From positions 39,147,720 through 39,211,719 of the forward strand of contig NC_069000.1 of the NCBI RefSeq assembly GCF_001194135.2: a stretch of DNA of 64,000 nucleotides, given 5' to 3'. Position 1 is the stretch's first letter; the number at the start of each line of letters is the position of its first letter. The position numbers and the translations under genes are program-made. This document shows, piece by piece, positions 25,762 to 37,155 of the stretch. Under the pieces are notes generated by a model that was not told the DNA's origin, searched no databases, and worked only from the letters and a program-made list of their open reading frames with translations. Source of the stretch: Octopus bimaculoides (taxonomy: Eukaryota).

Positions 25762-26304
25762 GCAAGAAGATGGACTGAGAATTTCATAGGCTGACTATGA
25801 AGCAGTGCTATAGCAGTGAAATCGTGCATGCATTAATTTCAATCTTTCCTTAATAACCTCATTAGTTTTTTTCCAGATAAACCCACATCTGCCTGTTCAA
25901 AGAAGACTTCGAAAGTAAATAGTTGTGACATCTCCTTTAAATGGATAAAAATTCGCATCGTGGTATTATCAAGTACCTCCAGAATAATGGTTTAGACCAC
26001 AAAACATTCATACTGACATGAATGCTACAATTGAGGGTGACGCTCAAGCGTTACCAACAGAACAAATTAAGCAACTAAATTCATAGCGGGAAAGGAGGGA
26101 CATGCTGCAACTGCTACCACCGAGGAAAACATTTATCACGTTCAACACATGGTGATGACAGACAGACTATAATCAAAATGGATAAAAATTCGCATCGTGT
26201 TATTATTAAGTACCTCCAGAATAATGGTTTAGACCACAAAACATTCATACTGACATGAATGCTACAATTGAGGCTGACGCTCAAGCGTTACCAACAGAAC
26301 AAAT
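25762..26304 (+). mobile_element. mariner relic, 5' part (irritans-like N-terminus), with a 237-bp-period tandem duplication
   Basis: From ATG 25941: MDKNSHRGIIKYLQNNGLDHK.IHTDMNATIEGDAQAL...ATATTEENIYHVQHMVM. The same start is repeated at 26178 with 3 substitutions in about 127 bp and runs into a gap. Confidence 0.8.
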
Positions 26305-27219
26305 NNNNNNNNNNNNNNNNNNNNNNNNNNNNNNNNNNNNNNNNNNNNNNNNNNNNNNNNNNNNNNNNNNNNNNNNNNNNNNNNNNNNNNNNNNNNNNNN
26401 NNNNNNNNNNNNNNNNNNNNNNNNNNNNNNNNNNNNNNNNNNNNNNNNNNNNNNNNNNNNNNNNNNNNNNNNNNNNNNNNNNNNNNNNNNNNNNNNNNNN
26501 NNNNNNNNNNNNNNNNNNNNNNNNNNNNNNNNNNNNNNNNNNNNNNNNNNNNNNNNNNNNNNNNNNNNNNNNNNNNNNNNNNNNNNNNNNNNNNNNNNNN
26601 NNNNNNNNNNNNNNNNNNNNNNNNNNNNNNNNNNNNNNNNNNNNNNNNNNNNNNNNNNNNNNNNNNNNNNNNNNNNNNNNNNNNNNNNNNNNNNNNNNNN
26701 NNNNNNNNNNNNNNNNNNNNNNNNNNNNNNNNNNNNNNNNNNNNNNNNNNNNNNNNNNNNNNNNNNNNNNNNNNNNNNNNNNNNNNNNNNNNNNNNNNNN
26801 NNNNNNNNNNNNNNNNNNNNNNNNNNNNNNNNNNNNNNNNNNNNNNNNNNNNNNNNNNNNNNNNNNNNNNNNNNNNNNNNNNNNNNNNNNNNNNNNNNNN
26901 NNNNNNNNNNNNNNNNNNNNNNNNNNNNNNNNNNNNNNNNNNNNNNNNNNNNNNNNNNNNNNNNNNNNNNNNNNNNNNNNNNNNNNNNNNNNNNNNNNNN
27001 NNNNNNNNNNNNNNNNNNNNNNNNNNNNNNNNNNNNNNNNNNNNNNNNNNNNNNNNNNNNNNNNNNNNNNNNNNNNNNNNNNNNNNNNNNNNNNNNNNNN
27101 NNNNNNNNNNNNNNNNNNNNNNNNNNNNNNNNNNNNNNNNNNNNNNNNNNNNNNNNNNNNNNNNNNNNNNNNNNNNNNNNNNNNNNNNNNNNNNNNNNNN
27201 NNNNNNNNNNNNNNNNNNN

Positions 27220-27253
<34 letters not shown>

Positions 27254-27329
27254 GGTGTTATTTCCAAGTTTCTTGTCTCCCTTATCGTTATTTTTTATGA
27301 TAGTTACAAGAGAAATCTAGCCTCAACTG

Positions 27330-27405
27330 AACACGAGTTTGAGAGACAAATTTTAATATTTTTACGAACCCAATCAAACGCAAATGAGTGATTTTGAGAA
27401 TCCTT
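27330..27405 (+). mobile_element. possible Tc1/mariner 5' fragment
   Basis: gagtttgagagacaaattttaatatttttacgaacccaatcaaacgcaaATGagtgattttg resembles, from memory, the leader and start of an octopus Tc1/mariner family. No second copy is present in the window. Confidence 0.3.
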
Positions 27406-27861
27406 CTTCTGAAGAGAGAGAGGTCGTGTGTATGTATACATATGTGTCTAAGTTATTTGTGTGTATGCGTCTGTATGTTTGTAAGTGCTTCTATGGGTGC
27501 ATGAGTGCGTGTATATTTCCTCAAGGGACATTTAATTCATCTTCTTGTATGAAAGTTTGTGAATGAAAATACGAAATAATTTCAAAGTCATTATTAGCGA
27601 AAGCGAAACCGGTCGACAACCAAAATACACTTTCATTTAGAATATAACTATGTAAATTCTGTGCATCTTCCTTCTTTTATTATAAACCCCGCACACACGC
27701 ATATATATGTATATGTAGATAGAGAGCTAGAGAGCTAGATAAACACTAAGACACAAACACACACTTACACAATCACACAGACACACACACGGACACATTT
27801 ATACACATATTACAAATACATGTATGTGTATTTGGGTACGCATATCTCCCTCTATCTCTCC

Positions 27862-27919
<58 letters not shown>

Positions 27920-27947
27920 GTCAAACATATACACACATGAACATAAC

Positions 27948-28088
27948 TAACTCATATGCATAAGTGTGTGTGTATATATATATAACTCATATGCATAAGT
28001 GTGTGTGTATATATATATAACTCATATGCATAAGTGTGTGTGTATATATATATAACTCATATGCATAAGTGTGTGTGTATATATATAC
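27948..28088. repeat. minisatellite, 4 x about 36 bp (aactcatatgcataagtgtgtgtgtatatatatat)
   Basis: Four near-identical head-to-tail units read directly from the sequence. Confidence 0.95.
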
Positions 28089-28502
28089 GCGTATATTAGC
28101 ATATGCTTATACGTAGGCATAAGGCTGTGTAACGGTATGCAAGAGGTGTGTGATGCTGCATTTATGAGAATGGCGAAGGTACAAAAATTAACCTCAATAT
28201 ATTTTCTAAACCGATAAATACGCCTCCCAATTAAACAAAATATCGAACTCCATTGGGGAAAGTCGGCATAAATCTGGCTTACTTTGATCGGTAACCTCAT
28301 AGTTATCTAGCTGGTAACGAAGCATTTTAAAGCTATTCATATTTGTTTATCGTTTGTATGGAAATGTAATTGATGTTTTAGAAATGATCAATTAACGTTA
28401 TATAAATAAGGGCCAATGATCTCCTATATCAAGAACAACCTATTTTCTGTTTTACATATGCAGTTACCTAATCGACAGACAGACACGCGAGCGCACGCAT
28501 AC

Positions 28503-28580
28503 ATTATATTATATGATATTATATTATATTATATTATATTATATTATATTATATTATATTATATTATATTACTTTATATT
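28503..28580. repeat. (ATATT)n pentanucleotide microsatellite
   Basis: Read directly from the sequence; abuts a gap. Confidence 0.95.
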
Positions 28581-29898
28581 NNNNNNNNNNNNNNNNNNNN
28601 NNNNNNNNNNNNNNNNNNNNNNNNNNNNNNNNNNNNNNNNNNNNNNNNNNNNNNNNNNNNNNNNNNNNNNNNNNNNNNNNNNNNNNNATATTGAAAGATA
28701 GATAGATATATATATATGTAAATATATATATAGAGAGATACATATGTATACATATATGTGTGTGTGTTTTGGGGCATCTCAACGTATGCATGATGTATAT
28801 CACTACCTATACATCGAAAAAAGGAGTTCTCTTGCATCTGCTAAGTAATACAGCCCGTGATTAAAGGTCGACAATCATTTCTTTATAATGTCGTTTGACA
28901 ATAGGCTTACGTTATTTGCTGTGAATGTATTTCTCAATTAGATAAGTACGGTGAACATGAATTAGCTTACAACACTAATTTCTGCGTTTTGTTATGTGAA
29001 CTTCGTCTTATTTTCTTTTATTTGTCGCACTTGTTAGTGCAAATCAATTATTGAATACACATGGTTTTTTTTTTTAAGAAGAATTAGCACCCACCTGCAT
29101 ATAAACAGATACGACATTTCACAAACTTAATTATCAAAAGATAATTCTATACTGATTTAATTCTTTTCAGTGTCAGTTTGAGAGCATGTTAAAACTGATG
29201 GCACTTTTCATTTACAGAAATGTTGTTTTCTTAGAAGGTGTATTTATAAATATAGCAGTTTAAGAATGGATGTTGGGTGTACTTCTTGTCTGAACTGCGT
29301 GGTCTGTTTGAAGCATATCTCTACATAAACAAGAATACGCAAGTGTTTGTCTCTCTGAATGACTCGTTGTGTATTTGTTTGCGTGTGTCAGCATGTGCAT
29401 ACGTGCCTGTGTGTGCTTCTGCTCGAACGCACAAATATCTGCTATGTGCGGCTTTATATCCAACTCTTAACCCGTGCACATAGCCGGACGAATACTATCT
29501 TAACTAGCAATTGAAAATAAACCGCTCAGATATTCAAATTTAAACAGATGTTACTCACGCATATATAAATTCAACAAATATATACGTAAATTACATTATA
29601 ACAACTTTGCTTACCCAAACATATCTTAACGCACCACAGAACTTTAAACTGTCGCTGTCAATTTTTTATCGCCGAAGTTATTGTCAGCTAATCGCAATAA
29701 TATGTACATGATCATTTTAAATAGTTTTTGCAAAAGGCTGCAAAATTTATGAGTTTACATATGATGTATGAAATTAGATACACCGTGAACTTTGTATGAT
29801 TCTCTCAGCTCCAACTCAGTAAACTAGGCATGTAAAAGATTTATAATTTTGGTATGAAACCACTAATAGTCTTGTTTATTTCGATGGTCGAAATGCTT

Positions 29899-30040
29899 AA
29901 CTGGTACGTACTGTATTGACCCTGAAAGGATGGAAGGCAAACAAATCTCGGCGGAATTTGAACTCCGAACATAAAGCCGGATGAAATACCGCTAAGCCTT
30001 TTGCCAAGTGCGGCAAAGATTCTGCCAGCTCACAGCCTTA
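29899..30040 (-). mobile_element. SINE family B (head plus central domain)
   Basis: aactggtacgtactgtattgaccctgaaaggatggaaggcaaa..ctcggcggaatttgaactccgaac..gaaataccgctaagc..gattctgccagctcacagcctt. Confidence 0.85.
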
Positions 30041-30074
30041 ATAATTACAATTGATTCACGTGGCTTTCATATTA

Positions 30075-30587
30075 ACTGATTGGAAGTGTTATCATGCACA
30101 TTGCTTTGCCTTGGTATAAAAAAAAATGAGCTACAACAAATATTCTGCTCCATACCACAGATTTGCATGTTAGTCGTTTGACCTTATGAAAATAAGCATG
30201 TCCCTTACTGACTGACGATATGTGCATTTCTGATCACGAACCAAAATAGTGCAATAGCATCATGGCCATGTGTTGAAAAGGATTCTTTGGGGCTTGAATA
30301 ATTCAACTCTCGAAACAGGAGCATTTCGTTCATCAACCTTAAGCAAACCGGGCTGGGCTACTCGACCTGAAGAAAATTCTAACAGGGCCCCCGCCTGCAA
30401 GGTCATGCACTGTTTATCTTGATATGAGATCAGCATGTAGCTTACATATGGTTGTGATCTATGTTCCTGGTGTAACCTTAACAGATGGGTAGTCATGATA
30501 AGTATATTGAGCTTCGTACATTTGTATCCCAGTGTCACGTTGATGGAATGCTCTGATCTCTCCCTCAATAATAGTAATAATGATAAT
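30075..30587 (+). mobile_element. interspersed retroposon-like repeat ending in a degenerate (AAT)n tail
   Basis: About 510 bp of non-coding sequence ending ...ctctgatctctccctcaataatagtaataatgataat. Recognised from memory as a common octopus repeat; class not established. Confidence 0.55.
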
Positions 30588-30682
30588 TCGAATGAAATTT
30601 AATTGTAAATGGGCTTCATACAGAAGGAAAAATTATGTACATATATGTGTGTGTGCGCATGTGTGTGTGAGAAAGTATATAT

Positions 30683-30728
<46 letters not shown>

Positions 30729-31382
30729 TCATGTGTTTGTGTGTGCGTGTGTTAATATATACGTGCGTGTTAATATGTATATGTGCGTGTATGTGTGTGC
30801 ATGTATGTGTATGTGCGCGCGCGAGTTTGTATATGTGTGTGTGTTTAGTATTACAGATTACAGATTATTCATAAATATTAATGCCTGAAAGAAGTTGGTT
30901 AAAAATTTAAATAGCAGTTTAATAATACGGAAAATATACATCATTTCTTTTTCATTTCGAACAAAGAAGTTTTTGTTAAAAGTAAACGCATAAATAAATG
31001 AATAAATGAATAAGTGAAATTGGCAGAAATTTATGCTGCATTATGTGAAACATGCCAAAAAATATAGGTTTGAAGAAAAAAATTATTAAAAAATAATGAA
31101 TGATTGGTGGCTTGTCTAATAATTATTGCAGTGTTAGAAATCCCGTTTGCGAAATCGTAATGGAAAAATAAGACATGAATATAAGGATGGAATAATAAAT
31201 GGCGGCTCGTTGAATCCGGTGCCTGTTTTGAAGTGATACCTGTCTATCAAAATGTCAACAACCTCGTGGTCCAAACACCTTGTATTTCTAATAATATGCG
31301 TCGCTGTGTAATATTTCAGATAAGTGATCAACGCTTGTCCTGTTTCTTTCGTATTTCTATATTATATATTCTCTAAGTCGGT

Positions 31383-31603
31383 AAGGCGATGAGCTCGCAG
31401 AATCGTTAGTACGCCGGGCAAAATGCTTACCAGAATTCCGTTCGTCTGTACGATCTACGTTCAAATTCCTCAGAGACCGGCTTTACGTTTCATCATTTTG
31501 TGGTCGATACAATAAGTGCCAGTTGAGCAGTGGGGTGAATGTAATCAATTTTCCTCCAACCCCGAACGTATGGGTCCTGTGACAAAATTCGAAACCGTTA
31601 TTT
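31383..31603 (+). mobile_element. SINE family B, tail type i
   Basis: aaggcgatgagctcgcagaatcgttagtacgccgggcaaaatgctt..gttcaaattcc..tttcatcattttgtggtcgatacaataagtgccagttgagcagtgggg..tgtgacaaaattcgaaacc. Confidence 0.85.
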
Positions 31604-31606
31604 TGT

Positions 31607-31821
31607 AACACAGTGAGCTAGCAGACAATTTAGATCGTGGGTGAAAATGCTTAAAGATATTTCCTGTCTTTACGATCTCTTTATCCACTGAGTTCCACTT
31701 TGTCTTTCCTCCTTTCAGGGTCGATAAAAATAATTACTAGTCGAGCACTGTGATCAATATATATCATTTCCTGCTTCACCGAAAACTTTTCAGGTTTTGT
31801 ACTTGTATTAGAAAAGATATT
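31607..31821 (+). mobile_element. SINE family B, tail type ii, head-to-tail behind the previous copy
   Basis: gtgagctagcaga..aaaatgctta..ctttcctcctttcagggtcgataaaaataattactagtcgagcactg..cttttcaggttttgtacttgtattagaaaagatatt. Confidence 0.7.
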
Positions 31822-32405
31822 GCATTAGTTTTATGTCTCAGGAAAAAACAAAACAAAAAAACAGACATCGCAAAGTGTAAACAATTTGGAAATGTGGCAA
31901 ACGTATGATGTATCACATAATGTAATTTGATGTGTCATTTATCTAGAATCTCATTTACCAAAATATGTGTTAGAAACTCAGACAATTCACCATAATATAT
32001 TTAAGGTCTGATAAGAAAGGTTGAGGGCAATCTACCACATTAACTAATTGATTAATTATGCATACAAAACGTTTAATAGCGTGCGAAATGAAATTCTTCT
32101 AACCTCTTGGAATGTACGAAACACTGCATAAAATTATGTAAAAATATAATTTTCATTTTTTTTTGTACGTCCTTTTATAATCCGTATGGGTTCAATGTAC
32201 CAACCAAACGTTTGGTGAGAAACAAAAGAACATCGAATAAGCAGTTTTCTATGGATCAACGGGTGTATTTAACCTTTATATATTCACATATTCTGTTATT
32301 CATCACTAGACTTTCCATTAGAGAGGAATTGTGCGTGGAGTGCTAAATGCGTTATTCGCGTAGAGGTCTTCAATCTATATTTTTTCGTTTCTCTGTCTCT
32401 CTCTC

Positions 32406-32511
<106 letters not shown>

Positions 32512-32521
32512 NNNNNNNNNN

Positions 32522-32557
<36 letters not shown>

Positions 32558-32665
32558 GTCAATTCAAATAGACAACCAGTTCAAATAAACGAATAAAGTT
32601 AACAGACAACTCGACGACATGCAAAAGAGATGCATTTGCTTGATGTCTCAGTAAAAAAGAGAGTA

Positions 32666-32693
32666 TGACGTTTCGAGCATAGCTCTTCGTCGG
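32666..32693 (-). ncRNA. degenerate minimal hammerhead ribozyme motif (Penelope pLTR type)
   Basis: Minus strand CCGACGA-a-gagc(tat)gctc-GAAAC-GTC. The core has U4 changed to C and no helix I pairing is found. Confidence 0.55.
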
Positions 32694-32992
32694 TATTAAG
32701 AAAAGGAAGAAGAAGAAAAGGAAAATAAATCGCTAACAGAACATCTGTAGTTATTTGCCAACATAATGTAGCAGTCCTGACTAGGACGATGTTACTACTT
32801 TTTAACCGCAAGAAAACAACTTTTCCAGCTGGTTTATCGACACATGATCTGTGTCCGAGACATATTCTAAGCGAGGGGGCTCACCGCTCTCTTGTAGACG
32901 TTGGCAGAACAAGCAGACCAATGGTTTCTGGATTACTTCCCTTCCTCGGTGCTGGAGCCAGCTGTTAGCCGACCTTACTCACAGTATACACA

Positions 32993-33202
32993 TAGGAAGG
33001 AGCGCTGAAATATCCCTGAAGCAAATACAAAGGAATCGGTTATTTATGATTTTAGTCAGTATATTCCCCTCTCAGATTCGTACGCATTGCAGCGGCCCTT
33101 CGGTGTTTTTTTTTAAAGCCCTGTAAACAACTCGAAACTCGGGCCTCCAAAGAAGCTTTTTGCGATACCCTTAAAGCAGGGAATTCACACCCCCACCCAC
33201 GT
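32993..33202. mobile_element. mariner-derived MITE, diverged (second copy at 50955-51147)
   Basis: tatattcccctctcagattc..gcagcggcccttc..aagccctgtaaa..gggcctcc is shared with 51001-51120. Decayed TIR-like ends. Confidence 0.65.
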
Positions 33203-33270
33203 TTGCTTATATATATATATATATATAATACAGAGAATGAGAGAGAGAGGGGAGTGGGTGTGTGTGAGGA

Positions 33271-33273
<3 letters not shown>

Positions 33274-33333
<60 letters not shown>
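33274..33333. repeat. (GA)n microsatellite
   Basis: Read directly from the sequence. Confidence 0.95.
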
Positions 33334-33335
<2 letters not shown>

Positions 33336-33549
33336 GGGAGGGCACAGAGTGAGGGGCTCGAAATAGTCAGTCAGCAATCAGGGTGAGGTAGTCCAGAAGA
33401 AGAAAGCTCGATTACAAGCACCACCGAATTTATAAGTACTTTAAAAAAGAACAGCGGACAAACATATGCGCATGCTATGTATTTATATGAAAGAAAAGGG
33501 GATTTATATTTTACGTGATGTAACCAGGTCTTTTATTTACAGCTGTCTG

Positions 33550-34720
33550 TAATAGAAAAAATGCTTCTCTCCGATGTTTTTTGGGCTCCTGCGTAATTTC
33601 ATTTAAGGACTTTGTGTTTAGATGACATTCTGTTCAAGCAATCTGACTGTTTCTTTATGCTTGGTATTTTCTATATATAATGCCTTTTAAGCGCTCCTTC
33701 ATATTCCTTTTGTTATATTCTGCCATTCTTGTATTTGTATTTCACCATTAACGTGTCGTACGGTTTGCATCCACTCATCTCCACTTTGGTTACTCCACAT
33801 AGGACTGATTAAGCTCTTCAGTATTTCTTGGTTTATTTGTTCTTGGGTCTCTTCCTAGCTACCGACGAAGTGATTTACCATCTGTTTCAAATTTATTGTT
33901 TTACTTGAAAAAAAATGTTGGTTTTTCCAACCATCTTTCACTTTGGACATCGCCTTGTATGTTCCGTTTAAGTTGTTCTATGACTGACGTTATATTTTCC
34001 ATCTTCTGTAGTTCAAATTTATTCTTCACCTTGTTTCCTTTTGTTAATTTCACAAACACCTCGCTGAGATTCCCTTACATCAATATTTTTTCTGTAAAGG
34101 TATCTATTTCTTTCCCAATTCCAGCTAGATTTCTTGTGCTCCGAAATACCGATTTTTGGTTTTTACGTTTCCTTTATAATGTCATGATGGGAAATTTAAA
34201 TTCCAGTTGTATGGATGAGGCAAAGATCAGTTGATTGAGTCCACCCAAAATAAACTTTGACGTATGGAGAAGTTGTTTACTTGTCGGGGTTCACTTATTT
34301 ATAAATCCTGTGTTTGTTTCTATTTGCTAAATTTTCATTGCTTTCCCTTCGTTCATGTTTGTGTTGTTTTAGAAAGTTCTGTTAGAATTTCTTCACCAAC
34401 ACCTTTTATACCTTAACTATTTGCTTTTAAAACAGATCATTTTCAAGCATGTTTGCAAACACTTCAACCATCTCCTCGTTGATTTCTGATACCATACGTT
34501 TCATATTAAAAAGCACTGGATTTCTTTGGATTTTTGTAAGCAATAGAATAATAACATGGATCTCTCTTCATATATAGAGCTTCCTGAATATCTTTTACTA
34601 CGCTTCTTTTTTGTGCCTTTAAGAACGGCTTTTCTCAATCTGTACATGAATTGCTAGCTTTTCGGCTTTATAGTTCTTACGAGTGTCCATATTTCATTTA
34701 TTGCAAATCTTAAAGGAGCA
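33550..34720 (-). mobile_element. R4/Dong-clade non-LTR retrotransposon relic (N-terminal to pre-RT region)
   Basis: Minus frames in order: YKAEKLAIHVQIEK, LNQLIFASS, GKEIDTF..GNLSEV..ENITSVIEQLKRNIQ, NNKFETDGKSLRR*LG, EWMQTV..QEWQNITK, NEITQEPKK. These are colinear with the R4/Dong pre-RT motifs as recalled, with many stops and frameshifts. Confidence 0.7.
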
Positions 34721-34789
34721 TTCATTATAAATTGTTCGTATTTTATTCTTCAATAGTAGAAAGCACACATCTCTTCCGTTACGACTCAT

Positions 34790-34975
34790 CACCATCATAT
34801 GATTGTGCTCTTCTACAGGATGACAATGCAATTTTCTCTTGAAGTTCCTTTCAATCTTTTGAGTGTCGTGTCAAGTACAGCGATTACTACAGGAATAAAT
34901 TATTGTCTTGGCCTTCCACATCCTCCGCGGCTCTCTGTCTAGCTCATGATATTTCTCAATTTGCTGAGGGTCTAA
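34790..34975 (-). mobile_element. R4/Dong C-terminal (RLE region) fragment, old
   Basis: Minus KIEKYHELDREPRRMWKAKT..IPVVIAVLDT..L*KSTII resembles the Dong C-terminal EKIEKYxDL..W..vIPVVIGALG..LQKS motif. Confidence 0.65.
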
Positions 34976-35039
34976 GGCATAGATTCCACGTTATTATCAT
35001 TGTTATTATTATTGTCGTTATTACTATTATTATTATTGT

Positions 35040-35251
35040 TCAGTAGTTTTATTTTTATAACGTGCTTTCACTTCACTACCGAGCGCAGCTCTGTGTGCCT
35101 TGGGTATGTGCTGTGGTTTGCTGTGATGCTCTTATGGTTACTGTATTGAAAGTGTTTTGCGTAGAATGTATGCAGTACCCAGTAGTGCAATTTTCTGTAT
35201 GTTATATATATTTGTAAGTCCTGGTGTTTTTGTTATGTATTTGTCTGAATA

Positions 35252-35255
<4 letters not shown>
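35040..35255 (-). mobile_element. R4/Dong 3' end, young, 5'-truncated, flanked by (TAA)n on both sides
   Basis: Minus KYITKTPGLTNIYNIQKIALLGTAYILRKTLSIQ* (stop at 35138-35140), about 100 bp of 3' UTR, then an (AAT)n tail. (ATT)n tracts lie at about 35000-35040 and 35255-35333. Confidence 0.88.
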
Positions 35256-35333
<78 letters not shown>

Positions 35334-36149
35334 NNNNNNNNNNNNNNNNNNNNNNNNNNNNNNNNNNNNNNNNNNNNNNNNNNNNNNNNNNNNNNNNNNN
35401 NNNNNNNNNNNNNNNNNNNNNNNNNNNNNNNNNNNNNNNNNNNNNNNNNNNNNNNNNNNNNNNNNNNNNNNNNNNNNNNNNNNNNNNNNNNNNNNNNNNN
35501 NNNNNNNNNNNNNNNNNNNNNNNNNNNNNNNNNNNNNNNNNNNNNNNNNNNNNNNNNNNNNNNNNNNNNNNNNNNNNNNNNNNNNNNNNNNNNNNNNNNN
35601 NNNNNNNNNNNNNNNNNNNNNNNNNNNNNNNNNNNNNNNNNNNNNNNNNNNNNNNNNNNNNNNNNNNNNNNNNNNNNNNNNNNNNNNNNNNNNNNNNNNN
35701 NNNNNNNNNNNNNNNNNNNNNNNNNNNNNNNNNNNNNNNNNNNNNNNNNNNNNNNNNNNNNNNNNNNNNNNNNNNNNNNNNNNNNNNNNNNNNNNNNNNN
35801 NNNNNNNNNNNNNNNNNNNNNNNNNNNNNNNNNNNNNNNNNNNNNNNNNNNNNNNNNNNNNNNNNNNNNNNNNNNNNNNNNNNNNNNNNNNNNNNNNNNN
35901 NNNNNNNNNNNNNNNNNNNNNNNNNNNNNNNNNNNNNNNNNNNNNNNNNNNNNNNNNNNNNNNNNNNNNNNNNNNNNNNNNNNNNNNNNNNNNNNNNNNN
36001 NNNNNNNNNNNNNNNNNNNNNNNNNNNNNNNNNNNNNNNNNNNNNNNNNNNNNNNNNNNNNNNNNNNNNNNNNNNNNNNNNNNNNNNNNNNNNNNNNNNN
36101 NNNNNNNNNNNNNNNNNNNNNNNNNNNNNNNNNNNNNNNNNNNNNNNNG

Positions 36150-37030
36150 ACGACGTACTCCGGAAGACCCTGGGCGCCGACGAGAACGAACCTGCTAGTC
36201 TGGTCCGGAGGACTTTCCGGTCGGGAACTATCATGGATAATTTCCAGATGTCCTTGGCCTGGCAGTGCTACTGGGGCGGGGTGCTACCCGCTTGAGACAA
36301 GCTCTACACGCACGGATGCGCTGTCAGACGGACTTGTCCGAGATGCACGCAGAATGACGAAACCATTCTTCACGCCCTCTTTCAGTGTCCGAACATTGCT
36401 TACTTGTAGGCTTATGTGGAACAGATACTGTCACGTACGGAACGGATCCATTTGTCGACCGAGCCTGTAGTAATGATTGCACCACCGCCCTCCTTCAATC
36501 GAGCAGGCAAGGCAGTTTTTCCTTACCTGGTTGCTGTGGAAGACGTTGTTTGCTCGACAAGGCTGAAAGACAGGAGGACAGAGACATTCCTCTTCAGTAG
36601 AGCGCTCATTCACTTTTGCAAGTGCCACTTGAAAAGGAAATTGAGAGTGCAGGAGGGGGTGCTGCCCTCGAGTGTATTTATTGAAAGGTGGGTGAACATT
36701 GCAAAGATAACAAGAGTACTTCTCTAAGTGCAGACCAATGAATTGGAGAGAAGGAATCGGAGAGGGCACTTGCTCATGGGATTCCAAGGAAATCTCGTGC
36801 AGTGGGATTCCTCGATTATCCATAGAATCGTTCCCGTTTCAGGAGAGCCACATCTCTATCATCCTACACCACTTTCTTTGTATGCTACGCATATGGCTCT
36901 TCGTTTTCAGTGAATACCGTGTATAGTTATTATTCTTATCATTTCATTATTATATGTAAAACCCCCAAACGTTTAGGTCTGTCACTGTATTGTCCCCCTC
37001 ATCCTTCGCCCTTGTGGCAAATAAATGAAA
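36150..37030 (+). mobile_element. L1/Tx1-clade LINE 3' end (ORF2 C-terminus with CCHC knuckle, 3' UTR), followed by (ATC)n
   Basis: Plus frame FQMSLAWQCYWGGVLPA*DKLYTHGCAVRRTCPRCTQNDETILHALFQCPNI (C-x2-C-x8-H-x4-C at 36335-36388) to a stop at 36727, with two in-frame stops. The 3' end is ...cgcccttgtggcaaataaatgaaat-(cat)n. Confidence 0.85.
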
Positions 37031-37155
37031 TCATCATCACCATCATCACCATCATCATCATCATCACCATTACCACCACCACCACCATCACCACCATCAT
37101 CATCATCATCATAATCATCATCATCATCATCATCATTGTTATCATCCTCATCATC
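37029..37155. repeat. (ATC)n/(ACC)n compound microsatellite
   Basis: Read directly; it forms the tail region of the Tx1 fragment. Confidence 0.95.

Noticed and set aside
27948-28088. CRISPR-like array
   Set aside because: Units are adjacent with no unique spacers, the context is eukaryotic and there are no cas genes.
33240-33400. GAGA tract plus tcagtc as a core promoter
   Set aside because: Both motifs are too common in this microsatellite-rich sequence to support a call.
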